64,000 nucleotides of DNA from an uncultured Planctomycetales bacterium (GCA_964583975.1 CAZOXU010000004.1:70100-134099); one strand, 5' to 3'; shown: positions 29,032 to 39,659, counted from the stretch's first letter. A program made the numbers and translations. The notes: generated by a model from the sequence alone, not told the origin.

Positions 29032-30078
29032 TTATTTTTCAAACAATTTTTCTACTATCTTAGCACTGCCGGAAGGCATGGGGTAGCGATGGAAATCAGC
29101 CTTGCGAACCCATCGTCGTGAAACGGTCTCTTGGGGCTCATTTTGAAGATGACATTGAAACACCGATAAATTGACCCTAAACTCAGTATAAAAATGTTTA
29201 ACCTCAAATAAATGCTGCGCTTGTTTTAACTCAACACCCAATTCTTCCTTCAATTCACGAGCCAGAGCCTCCTCCTTAGTCTCTTTAGGTTCAATCTTAC
29301 CTCCTGGAAATTCCCATAGATCTGCCAGCAACCCCTTTGAAGGACGCTTCTGGATTAAATATTTACCATCTTTCTCTACAATGGCAATGACAGCATGGAC
29401 GTCTTTGATGGTCTTTTTCTTAGGTGTGGGAATAATCTCCTGCACACCTTGCTCGAAAGCGAGGCAGCGGTCTTTTAAAGGACAAATATTGCACAAAGGT
29501 TCCTTATTACGGCAAACCAAAGCGCCCATTTCCATTAAAGCCTGGTTAAAATCTCCGGCCCTTTTTTGAGGAATAACCTTGGTCAAATACTCTTCAATAC
29601 GTTTATCTTGCTTGGTATCCGCATGAGCCTGGATCGCTAAAAGCCTCATGACCAATCGGCGCACATTAGCATCAATAATCACCAGCGGCTGATCAAAAGC
29701 AATACTTAATACAGAAGCGGTTGTGTATGGCCCAAATCCAGGCAATTCCCTGACTCGCTCACGGTCCCGAGGCAGACTTCCCTTATATTGAGCAACCACA
29801 ACGCCCACTGCCTTATGCAAATTCCTGGCTCGGTTGTAATACCCCAAACCTTGCCATGACTTCAATACCTGCTGTATGGGAGTCTTTGCTAATTTAAAAA
29901 TTGTTGGGTAGGTTTTAATCCAGCGTTCATAATACGGGATCACCGCATTAACCGTAGTCTGCTGAAGCATGATTTCAGAAACCCAAATATGGTAGGGATC
30001 CTTGGTATGGCGCCAGGGCAGGTCACGCTTGTTTTTGTCGTACCAAGTTAGGAGTTCTTGGGAGAATGTTTTAGGCAT
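29032..30078 (-). CDS. mutY: A/G-specific adenine DNA glycosylase MutY with C-terminal NUDIX-like domain
   Basis: HhH-GPD and FeS cluster loop motifs are present (WQGLGYYNRARNLH; C...C..C..C at CRNKEPLCNICPLKDRC). Confidence 0.85.
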   Translation of the reverse strand: MPKTFSQELLTWYDKNKRDLPWRHTKDPYHIWVSEIMLQQTTVNAVIPYYERWIKTYPTIFKLAKTPIQQVLKSWQGLGYYNRARNLHKAVGVVVAQYKGSLPRDRERVRELPGFGPYTTASVLSIAFDQPLVIIDANVRRLVMRLLAIQAHADTKQDKRIEEYLTKVIPQKRAGDFNQALMEMGALVCRNKEPLCNICPLKDRCLAFEQGVQEIIPTPKKKTIKDVHAVIAIVEKDGKYLIQKRPSKGLLADLWEFPGGKIEPKETKEEALARELKEELGVELKQAQHLFEVKHFYTEFRVNLSVFQCHLQNEPQETVSRRWVRKADFHRYPMPSGSAKIVEKLFEK

Positions 30079-30430
30079 TATTTATCAGATCAACAAAAAG
30101 ATCAGCAATACGTTCGTGCTGCCCCACAGGCTGGGAGATCGAAAATTCCACATCAGGATACTTCGCTTTAGCCTCTTGAACAATTGCTGGAATATCGTTG
30201 TTCACATGGCGGCCAGAATTTAAGAAGTTGAGCAACACAACAATCTGTTTTGCTCCTTTTTGGACACATATTTCAAGACCTTCGGGGATACTTGGACTCT
30301 CAATTTCTAAGAAGGCAAATTCAAAGACATCCACACCTGTCTTAAATTTTAAGACCTTAACTAATTCAATGACTTCTTCCTTGGTTTTAGAAGAACGACT
30401 GCCATGACTGACTAAAAGAACAGCTTTCAT
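30071..30430 (-). CDS. cbiX: Sirohydrochlorin chelatase, CbiX small-form (siroheme ferrochelatase/cobaltochelatase class II)
   Basis: The motif MKAVLLVSHGSRS... is present and the product is about 120 aa. The start overlaps the nadK stop (ATGA). Confidence 0.7.
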   Translation of the reverse strand: MKAVLLVSHGSRSSKTKEEVIELVKVLKFKTGVDVFEFAFLEIESPSIPEGLEICVQKGAKQIVVLLNFLNSGRHVNNDIPAIVQEAKAKYPDVEFSISQPVGQHERIADLFVDLINNA

Positions 30431-31299
30431 GACCAAACAACCTTTAAAGGATGAGTAGAACGGCGGATACTGGCCTTGGTACCAAAAGAAAATGGCAGGC
30501 ACACATGTGAACCATCAACAAAGATAACCCCTTCTCGCATTAGAGAAGTCACCGACATGGTTTGGGTAGAATTTAATACTGCTCCTTTTAACTTATAGGT
30601 GACCCCATGTCCACGGAACAACTCGCGAGGCAAGTATTGAAATTTCTTGCTTTGCTCCGGAAGGATCTTTCCTCCTGCTGAATAAATCCCCGCTGAAGAA
30701 CCCGCAGCTGTTGATACCCAAACTCCTGATGAACGTTGCTCCTCTTTTAAATTCTTAATCTTCAAATAATAACGACTAATCGCACCAGGATTTTGATGGC
30801 AAATAAGCACATCGTTAAGCGCATGCATGCTTTGAACTCCATTATTAAAATCTAACTGGATACGACTAAAGATTTTGGATGCAAATCTATTCTCTAAAAC
30901 CTTCTCCAACATGCTCTCAAAATTCTTAGGATTACCTGAACAAAAACGACCCACTGACCAAGTTGGGTCTGAATTGACTCCCCAAATAAGCTGTTTTTCA
31001 ACATTACGAGCAGCCTCAAGAAAGGTACCATCGCCACCAAAGGTCATAATCAAATCATACTTATTAAAATTAACATGCGTGCCACGGCAAATCTTAGTAT
31101 ATTTTAAATTCTTACTCTTTAATACGGCCTCTACATAGGAAAGGGCCCAAAAATGATTCTCATGCGTTTTACGGAATCTTTTGATTTCTTCAGAATTAAA
31201 CAATCCTTTGAGCTGATGAGAACGCCGGCGCGTATTAAGAAAATACCCTGCATAGGTACTATTTTTATAAAGAAGTAGGATTTTAGAATTTAATTTCAT
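30427..31299 (-). CDS. nadK: NAD(+) kinase
   Basis: NAD kinase motifs are present (FGGDGTFL, NDVLI, TAAGSSAGIYSAGG). Confidence 0.75.
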   Translation of the reverse strand: MKLNSKILLLYKNSTYAGYFLNTRRRSHQLKGLFNSEEIKRFRKTHENHFWALSYVEAVLKSKNLKYTKICRGTHVNFNKYDLIMTFGGDGTFLEAARNVEKQLIWGVNSDPTWSVGRFCSGNPKNFESMLEKVLENRFASKIFSRIQLDFNNGVQSMHALNDVLICHQNPGAISRYYLKIKNLKEEQRSSGVWVSTAAGSSAGIYSAGGKILPEQSKKFQYLPRELFRGHGVTYKLKGAVLNSTQTMSVTSLMREGVIFVDGSHVCLPFSFGTKASIRRSTHPLKVVWS

Positions 31300-31930
31300 C
31301 TTTAAGGTCCTGATACGATTCTACAATCACATCTGCCTGCTTTAGATGTTTCTTAGGCAAAGAGGTTTCAATAGCAATACATTTTAACCCAGCAGCCTTG
31401 GCCGAAGCAATACCAAAAGGCGCATTTTCAATCACAATCGCTTGAGAAGCTTTGAGCCTCAATTTCTTTAAAGCTTTTATATACGGCTCGGGGTGGGGCT
31501 TTCCATTTTGAACATCACAGCCACACACCGTCACTTCAAAAGTGTCCCATAAATCCTTGGGTAACAATTCCATAGCTTCATGGCGGGACGTTCCTGTAAC
31601 CAGGGCCAGGCGATAGTTCTTGGCTGATAATAACTTAATTAAGGAACGACTGCCTTGGATAAAACGTCGTTTAAATATCTTTTTAAAAAAATGCTCTTTT
31701 TCTTTAAGAAGATTGTGAGCAATCGAGGAACTGAAAACCACCTTATTTTCATTAAATATTTCTTGGACACTGTTGATACCCTTTTGACCTTCTCGCTTGT
31801 AGATATCTTCATGACTTACCTTAATACCCTGACTCGCAAAAATAGTTTTCCAGGCTTTAAAGTGATAAGGCATTGTATCTGTAATAACCCCATCCATATC
31901 AAAAATAACTGCTTTAAAATTATTATTCAT
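31283..31930 (-). CDS. HAD-superfamily hydrolase, subfamily IA (beta-phosphoglucomutase-like)
   Basis: Motif I (VIFDMDGVITDT) and later motifs (GTSR, ENAPFG) match HAD-IA hydrolases. Confidence 0.75.
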   Translation of the reverse strand: MNNNFKAVIFDMDGVITDTMPYHFKAWKTIFASQGIKVSHEDIYKREGQKGINSVQEIFNENKVVFSSSIAHNLLKEKEHFFKKIFKRRFIQGSRSLIKLLSAKNYRLALVTGTSRHEAMELLPKDLWDTFEVTVCGCDVQNGKPHPEPYIKALKKLRLKASQAIVIENAPFGIASAKAAGLKCIAIETSLPKKHLKQADVIVESYQDLKDEIKF

Positions 31931-31938
31931 GGGAAGAA

Positions 31939-32388
31939 TTATCTAGGAGAGGTGGATTTTCTTTGCAATTGTTGGAGGGTTCGTTCTTGATCTCGGACCA
32001 TGAGATCAAGATTTCGCTTTCTTTGATTAAAATTTCTATCCTCGTCTATCTCTTCGCGGGCTAAAGCTTTTAATCTAATAGATTCTTTTTTGCGTTGCTC
32101 TAACTGTGCCTTTTGTTTCTCGCGCGCCAAACGAGCCTCTTCTTTGTTTGCAATCTTAGTCTTTTTTTCATCAGCCATCAATTTGCGATGCCAATCGGTT
32201 AGAAAAGTTTTACGCTCAGCATAAGAGGATGCAGTCCAGTCTTTACCATATGTCTTAGAGAAATTATACCGGACTAAAAAAGTAGCTCTTGTCAGATCTT
32301 GGCCGTGTTCGGATAAATTAATTTTCTCGTAGGCAAGACCAAGACTCGAAACCATAAGAAACAAGAAAAGAAAAATAAATTTCTTCAT
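31939..32388 (-). CDS. Hypothetical secreted basic protein with coiled-coil C-terminus
   Basis: A signal peptide (MKKFIFLFLFLMVSSLGLA) is present. It lies 7 nt downstream of phoR in the same operon. Confidence 0.5.
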   Translation of the reverse strand: MKKFIFLFLFLMVSSLGLAYEKINLSEHGQDLTRATFLVRYNFSKTYGKDWTASSYAERKTFLTDWHRKLMADEKKTKIANKEEARLAREKQKAQLEQRKKESIRLKALAREEIDEDRNFNQRKRNLDLMVRDQERTLQQLQRKSTSPR

Positions 32389-32395
32389 ACTGAAA

Positions 32396-33667
32396 TTATA
32401 TCATATCTTGAGGCAAAAACACAGAAAAGGCAGACCCTTTACCTAACATGCTTGAGACGCTAATTCGACCTCCATGAAGCTCCACAATATGCTTCACAAT
32501 GGAAAGCCCCAAGCCTGTCCCACCGGTTGCCTGGCTACGAGATTTATCAACTCTAAAAAATCGCTCAAAAATACGGTTCAAATATTCAGAAGAAATTCCC
32601 ACCCCATTATCAATCACATCGATCCTGAAATATTGGTCTTCTGGTGTGACCTTTATTTCAATCTTCCCTCCTGGCGGGGTAAATTTAATAGCATTATCCA
32701 GCAAATTGATAAACACCTGCTCCATCCTTTGAGAGTCCATCTTAATCAAAGGCAGATTCGAAGGCATGGTCAAATTTAAAGTATGGTTAAAATCATCTAT
32801 TTGTTTCTTCTTCATTACAACAATAGACTGAATCAAAGCAACCAAATCCCCCTTAACAAAATTCATTTTTATACCTTTAGACTCCAAAGAAGAAAGAACC
32901 AAAAGATCATTAACAAGATTCTCCAAACGCTGGGTTTGCTTAAAAATGATTTCTAAAAACCTTCTACCTTGGACCTTATCATCTATGGCCCCATTATGTA
33001 GGGTTTCCACAAATCCCCTGATAGATGTCAAAGGCGTTTTTAACTCATGAGACACATTAGCTACAAATTCCGAACGCAAACGTTCAAATTTCTTTAATTC
33101 TGTTACATCATGAAACACAGCCACTAGACTGACTAATCCACCGTTGGAGTCTATGACAGGTGAGATTTGCATATTGAAAAACATTTCTTGAAGACGAACA
33201 AGGGTAATTTCTTTAGATAAAATTTTCTTATTATTAAGGACCTCTCTAATGGAAGCATTAATATCCTGGTTAGTGATTATTTCCCAATAAAACTTATTCT
33301 GCCACTTCTCTGAACGCGTCTCAAACATACTTTTAAAGCTAGGACTTAAATGAATTAAACGAGAATCCGCACCAATCACTAAAACCCCCTCAGCCATATT
33401 CGAAAGAATGGCTTGGAGTTTATCTTTTTCATTGGTTAATTCTTGAAGACGCGTTTGTGTACCTTTGGCTAGATCATTGATATTACGAACCACATCTCCA
33501 ATCCTATCAGAAAAAGACAGCCCCATTCGTGAAGAATAGTCCCCCTCATTCATGGCATTAATAACGCGACGAATTTCTTCAAGACGGCGAGTTTGAGAAA
33601 CACATTGGATACTTAAGAAAACGATAATAATGAGAAGAATTACAAATAAGGCAGGAACAAAAATCAT
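32396..33667 (-). CDS. phoR: Sensor histidine kinase (PhoR-like; TM-PAS-HisKA-HATPase)
   Basis: The H-box (HELKTPLTSIRGF), N, G1 and G2 boxes are present. It is paired with the OmpR-family regulator and overlaps it by 4 nt. Confidence 0.8.
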   Translation of the reverse strand: MIFVPALFVILLIIIVFLSIQCVSQTRRLEEIRRVINAMNEGDYSSRMGLSFSDRIGDVVRNINDLAKGTQTRLQELTNEKDKLQAILSNMAEGVLVIGADSRLIHLSPSFKSMFETRSEKWQNKFYWEIITNQDINASIREVLNNKKILSKEITLVRLQEMFFNMQISPVIDSNGGLVSLVAVFHDVTELKKFERLRSEFVANVSHELKTPLTSIRGFVETLHNGAIDDKVQGRRFLEIIFKQTQRLENLVNDLLVLSSLESKGIKMNFVKGDLVALIQSIVVMKKKQIDDFNHTLNLTMPSNLPLIKMDSQRMEQVFINLLDNAIKFTPPGGKIEIKVTPEDQYFRIDVIDNGVGISSEYLNRIFERFFRVDKSRSQATGGTGLGLSIVKHIVELHGGRISVSSMLGKGSAFSVFLPQDMI

Positions 33668-34362
33668 TCAACATCCTTAAAACGGTATCCAATACCACGG
33701 ACCGTTTCAACGTAATCTTGCGCTGGACCTAGTTTTTTACGTAAACCACGAACGTGAACATCCACAGCCCGATCAACTATAAACTTACCTTCTTTCCAAA
33801 CCCCATCAAGGATTTGCTCGCGGCTAAAAACTCTACCTGGTGATCTTGAAATAAACTCCAAAATACCAAACTCAATGGTCGTTAATTCGATAGGATTATT
33901 TCTAAAAGTAACCTTATGTTTAGGAATATCCAAAATTAGCGCCCCCCATTGTCGACTTTCTTGAACAGCCACCTCTTCCTGAGAACCATCTGACCTGCGA
34001 AAGACAGCTTTGATACGGGCCAAAAGTACTCCTGGACTAAAAGGCTTTGGCAAATAATCATCAGCCCCTAAAGAAAGACCAATGACGATATCGGCCTCTG
34101 TTCCTTTAGCCGTGATCATAATAATAGGGATTTTCTTTGTTTTGGAATCTTCTTTGAGTTGACGGCAAACCTCTAGACCATCACACTGCGGCAGCATAAG
34201 GTCTAGCAATACTAAATCTGGCTTTCGACTGGAAGCCATATCAAAAACCTGCTCTCCATCAAATAAGGAAAGCACTTCAAATCCTTCGCGTTCGAGATTA
34301 TAACGGATTAACTCATTAATATCTTTATCGTCTTCTACAACCAATATTCTTTTTTTAGCCAT
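33664..34362 (-). CDS. phoB: OmpR/PhoB-family response regulator
   Basis: It has a REC domain (ILVVEDD...LLDLMLP) and a winged-helix trans_reg_C domain (...RGIGYRF). Confidence 0.85.
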   Translation of the reverse strand: MAKKRILVVEDDKDINELIRYNLEREGFEVLSLFDGEQVFDMASSRKPDLVLLDLMLPQCDGLEVCRQLKEDSKTKKIPIIMITAKGTEADIVIGLSLGADDYLPKPFSPGVLLARIKAVFRRSDGSQEEVAVQESRQWGALILDIPKHKVTFRNNPIELTTIEFGILEFISRSPGRVFSREQILDGVWKEGKFIVDRAVDVHVRGLRKKLGPAQDYVETVRGIGYRFKDVE

Positions 34363-34433
34363 TGATGCTCTCCTTTGATCTAAAGTTTAGTCTATTTGGA
34401 TCAAAGAATGGTTAAAATTTAGTTAAGATTTGG

Positions 34434-34814
34434 TTAAGTTAACTCTGCAAGCCAATATCCCAACGCGACCGCCCCAATCCCGCACACTAATTGCAAAAAT
34501 ATGTTTAAAAAAGCTAGGCTCCACTGAGAAGTTCGAAGGAGATAAAAGGTTTCCATACCAAAGGCAGAAAATGTGGTAAAGCCACCTAAAACACCGGTAA
34601 ACAAAAACAATCGTCCTGGTTCAGCTAATAATTGTTTATGGGTTCCCAACCCGCCTAGAAACCCAATAATAAAACATCCAACCACATTAACAAGCAACGT
34701 TGTGTAAGGAAAAGTAGCTATGGGATAAACACGAGCGACACCTAATATACATAGATAACGACCAACTGAACCTAATAATCCACCAACTCCAACTAATAAA
34801 ATATCCTTTAACAT
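34434..34814 (-). CDS. crcB: Fluoride ion channel CrcB/FluC
   Basis: It is a 126-aa protein with four TM helices and the CrcB signature (GGLLGSVGRY ... GFLGGLGT ... TFSAFG). Confidence 0.85.
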   Translation of the reverse strand: MLKDILLVGVGGLLGSVGRYLCILGVARVYPIATFPYTTLLVNVVGCFIIGFLGGLGTHKQLLAEPGRLFLFTGVLGGFTTFSAFGMETFYLLRTSQWSLAFLNIFLQLVCGIGAVALGYWLAELT

Positions 34815-34822
34815 GATTTTAA

Positions 34823-35317
34823 TTATACCTTATCTTTGGCTATCAAGTCTTTTAATTTGGGCCAGTGTTCTTCAGCCATAATATAGCCGACACAATGCTT
34901 TGATGTACACCGACATGGGTGGTCTTTATACTCATCAAAATCATCATAACCATAATTATAAAAGAGCTCTTCTCCTTTAAGGATGTCTTTTATAGCAATG
35001 ATCCAAATATGGCCCCTGATAATATCTACCTCACAATTGGGACTACAAGAATGGTTAATGTATTTCGCTATATTGTAAGAAACATGGCCATCAATGTCAT
35101 AACGCTTATTAAGTTCAAACAAATATACAGCCCCCAACTCTTTATGCTGTTTAGCATATTTAACAAGCTCGGGCCCCCGCCTATCTGATTCAGCCTTGGT
35201 TATTTTCTCTCCAACATACTCCACGATCCTTGTGTCCTTAGGGATAAACTTTTTAGCATAAATACCCATTCCATGAATGGTTGATTTCTTTTTAACAATA
35301 TAAGGATTTGATTTCAT
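34823..35317 (-). CDS. SET-domain protein (lysine methyltransferase fold) with post-SET cysteines
   Basis: SET motifs are present (GMGIYA..., NHSCSPNCE, ELFYNYGYD) together with a C..C...C post-SET segment. Confidence 0.75.
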   Translation of the reverse strand: MKSNPYIVKKKSTIHGMGIYAKKFIPKDTRIVEYVGEKITKAESDRRGPELVKYAKQHKELGAVYLFELNKRYDIDGHVSYNIAKYINHSCSPNCEVDIIRGHIWIIAIKDILKGEELFYNYGYDDFDEYKDHPCRCTSKHCVGYIMAEEHWPKLKDLIAKDKV

Positions 35318-35322
35318 ACGAA

Positions 35323-35742
35323 TTAAAATATTTGTGGACGAATATTCTTAAAGAACACTTTGTCCTTAGGGTGGGTTAAAAGGGCTTCAACATCATCAGG
35401 ATGAACCCAGCGAGCTTCTGGGTGATTAGGGTCTTTAGGCTCAAGCTTCAATTCATCAGTCTGAAAAAGAAACATATGGATCTTTTTAAGCTCTCTTGTA
35501 TCATCACGACCATCTAAACCTATTTTGTATCGCACATAAGAACCTAATTCTTTAACAAATGTAAGTCTAAGAATTCCGGTTTCTTCTTCAATTTCACGGA
35601 TAGCCGCTGTTTTGGCATCTTCGCCTGGTTCAATATGACCTTTAGGTAAGGACCACGAATCCCCACGTTGGTTAACTACTAGCACCTTTTTCTTCTTGCT
35701 AATAACTACCCCACCAGCTGTTTCAGTTTTTTTCTGTTCCAT
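35323..35742 (-). CDS. NUDIX hydrolase
   Basis: The Nudix box [22 protein letters not shown] is present. The start is assigned to MEQKK. Confidence 0.75.
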   Translation of the reverse strand: MEQKKTETAGGVVISKKKKVLVVNQRGDSWSLPKGHIEPGEDAKTAAIREIEEETGILRLTFVKELGSYVRYKIGLDGRDDTRELKKIHMFLFQTDELKLEPKDPNHPEARWVHPDDVEALLTHPKDKVFFKNIRPQIF

Positions 35743-36385
35743 AATACTTCTGCCCCATCTCAATACGTTCTTTGCCTTTTGAAATACGATAGAGATTGGT
35801 ATCTCTTAATGAATATACGCATCCACAATATTCCTGCTGGTAGAAGTTCTCTCGCTTGGAGATTTCATACATCCTCTGCGATCCACCTTCTTTTCTCCAA
35901 TTGTAAGTCCAATAGGCCATACCTTCATAACGTTCAGCAGCCCTTAAGCCGCAGCCATTGATTTGATTCATATCCTTCCATCGAGAGATCCCTAAGGAAG
36001 ATGTGATCACCTTAAAGCCATGCTCATGAGCGTATAGAGCTGTTCTTTCAAAACGCATATCAAAACAAGCTGTGCAACGAATCCCACGCTCGGGCTCCAT
36101 CTCTAAACCCTTAACCCGCCCAAACCAATTGCTAGTGTCATAATCAGCATCCACAAAAGGAATATTCATTTTCTGGGCAAATTTAATGTTCTCATTCTTA
36201 CGAATTTCATATTCTACTCTAGGATGGATATTAGGATTGTAGAAAAAAATGGTCAAATTAATTCCAGAAGCAATCATCGCTTCCATTAATTCGCCAGCAC
36301 AAGGAGCACAGCAGGAATGAAGAAGCACGTCTTTATGTCCTTGAGGAACTTCTAAAATTGTTCTTTGAGTTAAGCTCATAAACAA
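35723..36385 (-). CDS. queH: Epoxyqueuosine reductase QueH (DUF208)
   Basis: The Cys pattern (HSCCAPCA ... CTAC ... EYCGC) and the length match QueH. Confidence 0.85.
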   Translation of the reverse strand: MFMSLTQRTILEVPQGHKDVLLHSCCAPCAGELMEAMIASGINLTIFFYNPNIHPRVEYEIRKNENIKFAQKMNIPFVDADYDTSNWFGRVKGLEMEPERGIRCTACFDMRFERTALYAHEHGFKVITSSLGISRWKDMNQINGCGLRAAERYEGMAYWTYNWRKEGGSQRMYEISKRENFYQQEYCGCVYSLRDTNLYRISKGKERIEMGQKYYGTEKN

Positions 36386-36441
36386 AAAAACCCTTGGGAA
36401 TACACAAGGATTTCTCTATTAAAAATCGTGATTAAATTGAA

Positions 36442-36464
36442 AGGCCCGGTCTTAAACCGGGCCT
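36442..36464 (-). terminator. Rho-independent terminator downstream of the cold-shock gene
   Basis: The stem aggcccgg/ccgggcct with a 7-nt loop is followed on the minus strand by a U-rich tract. Confidence 0.6.
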
Positions 36465-36472
36465 GAGAGATC

Positions 36473-36673
36473 TTACGCTTTAGTTACGTTAATGGCTTGT
36501 TCGCCTTTTGGTCCTTGCTGAATTTCGAATTCTACAGCTTGACCTTCTTCTAAGGTTCTGTAACCTTCGCTTTTGATTGCGGTATGATGTACAAACACAT
36601 CTTTACCATTTTCTGGTGTAATAAATCCATAACCTTTTTGATTATTAAACCACTTTACTTTACCTTTTGCCAT
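36473..36673 (-). CDS. cspA: Cold-shock protein, CspA family
   Basis: The sequence [18 protein letters not shown]...VFVHH contains the RNP1/RNP2 motifs. The start is trimmed to MAKGK. A leader of about 140 nt is present. Confidence 0.9.
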   Translation of the reverse strand: MAKGKVKWFNNQKGYGFITPENGKDVFVHHTAIKSEGYRTLEEGQAVEFEIQQGPKGEQAINVTKA

Positions 36674-36815
36674 TACTACTTCCTCCTGTTTTATTGCCCT
36701 CTGGTAAATAGCGTGCAAAACTTTAATTGCACATCAACTATTTACCTCTTTCGACTGAAAAGTATGCCCTAGTTTTCGTTTTTTGTCAAATATTTTAACA
36801 CCAAAACTAAGGGTT

Positions 36816-37316
36816 TTATTGCCCAACATTTTCGGTTTGAGCTGTCGGATTAGCAACTTCCGTTGTTTCATTTAAATGTGCTGAAAGAGCCTTCCATGTT
36901 CTTGGTCCAACCTTACCATCGGCTTTTAAACCGTTTTGAGCTTGAAATTCTTCAATGGCTTTCTTGGTCTTAGGACCAATTGTTCCATCAACTTTTCCTT
37001 TATAAACCCCAGCATTCTTTAAAGCCTGTTGGATTTGTTTTGGAGTTGGTTTATCACCAACAGCTTGAGCAACAACACCAGCAGCCATATCTCCTGAGGT
37101 TTGAGGAAGAGCTTCAGCATTATCCACAATCACTGGAATAGCGCTCGCATCCATTTTACCTTCTGCGGTTAAGTCTGTCATAGAAACGACATTCTCGGAA
37201 ACCACACCATTACTCATATTATCTAAAGCGGCATCTTCAGATTTCTTCTTCTTTGAACAGCCGATTAAAGTTGTTACCATGAAAACCGCAACCAAAACTA
37301 ATACAAATTTTCTCAT
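36816..37316 (-). CDS. Lipoprotein with C-terminal peptidoglycan-binding (PG_binding_1) domain
   Basis: It has a lipobox (LIGC) and a C-terminal motif (QQALKNAGVYKGKVDGTIGPKTKKAIEEFQAQNGLKADGKVGPRTW). Confidence 0.7.
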   Translation of the reverse strand: MRKFVLVLVAVFMVTTLIGCSKKKKSEDAALDNMSNGVVSENVVSMTDLTAEGKMDASAIPVIVDNAEALPQTSGDMAAGVVAQAVGDKPTPKQIQQALKNAGVYKGKVDGTIGPKTKKAIEEFQAQNGLKADGKVGPRTWKALSAHLNETTEVANPTAQTENVGQ

Positions 37317-37430
37317 AAAAATTTCCTCAAATAATTTAAAAACGTTAATAAAATCTTTATCTTTTTTTATCTTACGCTTGATTTATGCATTGTCAATTTT
37401 CTTTATAAAAAATTTTCAACTTAAAATCTT

Positions 37431-37991
37431 TTACGAATCTCTTAAAAAATCTGCACTAAGGCCAAAAAGATACCATAAATTTGCCGCAATATGAACTTTC
37501 TGTTTTTCTAACATAAATATCAATTCTTTAGCCTTTGTAGGATGAACCAGGATCACTTCAATATCCTCCCCTGCTTCTAAAGCTTGTTTAGGGTTAACAT
37601 TTTCTGCAGCGTGTTCATCAACTTCGACACACACAATCAAAGCATTGTCATCAATCAAAGAAGCGCCTGTCTTAAGGACAGGGCTTACATCCACAATCTT
37701 TCCTGTATAACCGGTTTCTTCTTTTAATTCGACCAAGGCCTGCTGCGGATCATTAAACCCAAGTCCTGCCGGAAATGATAAAATATAACCCTCGATAGCT
37801 GGACGATACTGCTTGATTAAAATGACTTGTTTTGAATGGATCAATTTAGCTACTACAATCACGCCCACTGATGAGCGTTTTCTGCGGATACTTTCCCAAA
37901 CTGTCGCTCTGCCATCCTTGGCTTCATAAATAGACTCATAAACAGAAAGCCATTTTCCCTCATAAACAATTTTCTCTGAAATCTTTTTCAT
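37431..37991 (-). CDS. NUDIX hydrolase (ADP-ribose pyrophosphatase-like)
   Basis: The Nudix box (FPAGLGFNDPQQALVELKEETGY) follows an N-terminal beta-region typical of ADPRase-type Nudix enzymes. Confidence 0.7.
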   Translation of the reverse strand: MKKISEKIVYEGKWLSVYESIYEAKDGRATVWESIRRKRSSVGVIVVAKLIHSKQVILIKQYRPAIEGYILSFPAGLGFNDPQQALVELKEETGYTGKIVDVSPVLKTGASLIDDNALIVCVEVDEHAAENVNPKQALEAGEDIEVILVHPTKAKELIFMLEKQKVHIAANLWYLFGLSADFLRDS

Positions 37992-38092
37992 AGGATTAGT
38001 ATAGTCAAAAAATTGATGATCACATTATTTTTTACAATAAAAAAACCCTGTACCGTGTGGTACAGGGTTAAATGAGACTGATAATATAAAAA

Positions 38093-38338
38093 TTAAATAC
38101 GAAATTTCTTAAAAACTATTCTCTCTGCCTCTAGCCAATCTTGTACATCGTTACCATGGCTGTAACCACGCTCAACATATAACTCGTAGGCTTTAAGACG
38201 TATTGCTTCTTGGATATCTGGAGAATCTTTACGAGCAGCCATACCATTTTCTTTTTCATGGCTATCTATGGCTTGGGCAACTGCTTTTCTAACGGTAGAT
38301 TTAGGCTTGCTGATATTTTTTTCGTTTTTCATACCCAT
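38093..38338 (-). CDS. DUF2934-family small protein
   Basis: The conserved motif is present (EAIRLKAYELYVERGYSHGNDVQDWLEAER). Confidence 0.6.
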   Translation of the reverse strand: MGMKNEKNISKPKSTVRKAVAQAIDSHEKENGMAARKDSPDIQEAIRLKAYELYVERGYSHGNDVQDWLEAERIVFKKFRI

Positions 38339-38411
38339 CTCCTTGGTTTGATTAGAACGAACTAATTATCCTACCTTTTATAAGGGTGTCAATGATCTTT
38401 TTATACCCACC

Positions 38412-39632
38412 CTACTTGGAACCATCCTCTACATAATCCAAATCTTTGCCGTGAGTTTCAGCCAAGCCCGCCAAGGCCCATAAGGCAATAATGACACAAA
38501 ACAAAGCTAAAATCCACCCCGCATTGATAATGCCATAGGAGCCCTTTAGGGATTGAAAGCTTAACGTCAGCGGAACTACCGAACCTCTCACAAAATTAGG
38601 AACAGTGGTGGCTACTGTTGAGCGAATATTGGTCCCAAACTGCTCAGCTGCAATCGTGACAAATACAGCCCAATAGCCGCTAGCAATCCCTAGACCCATA
38701 CAATACAAATAAAAAACCCCTAAACTTTGCGTAGGACAAAATAAATAAAGCCCCATAAATATGGCATTTAACACCATAAATAAAGCCACGGCTTTTTTAC
38801 GACTGGCCCAAACTTGCGAAAGCGAGCCACTGATTAACCCACCCAAAGACAATCCTATATAAGAAAACATGACTGCTTTAGATGCTTGCGGCAGCTGCGT
38901 CATATGTAAGGCTTTACCAAACTCTGGTGAAAATGTAACCAAAATCCCAACCACAAACCACAAAGGAATACCGATCAAAATACAGCGCAAATACTTCAGG
39001 ATATTAGCTGATGATTTAAAAATTAATAACAGATTGCCTCTCTGGACAGTCGTAGACTTAACCTGATGGAACATTCCTGACTCGCTAGCCTTAATACGCA
39101 AAAGCAATAAACCAATCCCCAGGGCCCCACCTATAAAATAAGCCATTCTCCAATCAAACAAGTCACCAATGAGAGCCGCTACCACTGCCCCAAGAATTCC
39201 TACCACAGAAACAATCATCGTTCCATAAGCCCTAGTTTCTTTAGGCATAACTTCTGCGACCAATGTAATACCTGCTCCTAATTCACCCGCTAAACCAACA
39301 CCCGCAATAAACCGTAAAATAGCATAGGTATCTACACTATTTACAAAACCATTTGCAATATTAGCTAGTGAGTACAGCCCGATCGATCCGAGCAACACCG
39401 AAAGTCTGCCTCGCTTATCTCCTAATATTCCCCAAAGAATTCCTCCTAGGAGCATACCGCCCATTTGCATATTCAAAAGAAGCACACCTTGGGACAGCAA
39501 TTCTTCCTCAGGCACCCCAATAGCTTTGAGACTTTTGACACGCACAATACTAAAAAGAATCAAATCGTAAATGTCTACGAAATACCCTAAGGCCGCTAAT
39601 AAAATGGCAGGAAAAACTATTTTATTTTTCAT
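38412..39632 (-). CDS. MFS transporter
   Basis: It has 12 predicted TM helices and an MFS loop motif (GDKRGR). Confidence 0.8.
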   Translation of the reverse strand: MKNKIVFPAILLAALGYFVDIYDLILFSIVRVKSLKAIGVPEEELLSQGVLLLNMQMGGMLLGGILWGILGDKRGRLSVLLGSIGLYSLANIANGFVNSVDTYAILRFIAGVGLAGELGAGITLVAEVMPKETRAYGTMIVSVVGILGAVVAALIGDLFDWRMAYFIGGALGIGLLLLRIKASESGMFHQVKSTTVQRGNLLLIFKSSANILKYLRCILIGIPLWFVVGILVTFSPEFGKALHMTQLPQASKAVMFSYIGLSLGGLISGSLSQVWASRKKAVALFMVLNAIFMGLYLFCPTQSLGVFYLYCMGLGIASGYWAVFVTIAAEQFGTNIRSTVATTVPNFVRGSVVPLTLSFQSLKGSYGIINAGWILALFCVIIALWALAGLAETHGKDLDYVEDGSK

Positions 39633-39659
39633 AAGGCAATAATTTAATCATGCTTCCTG

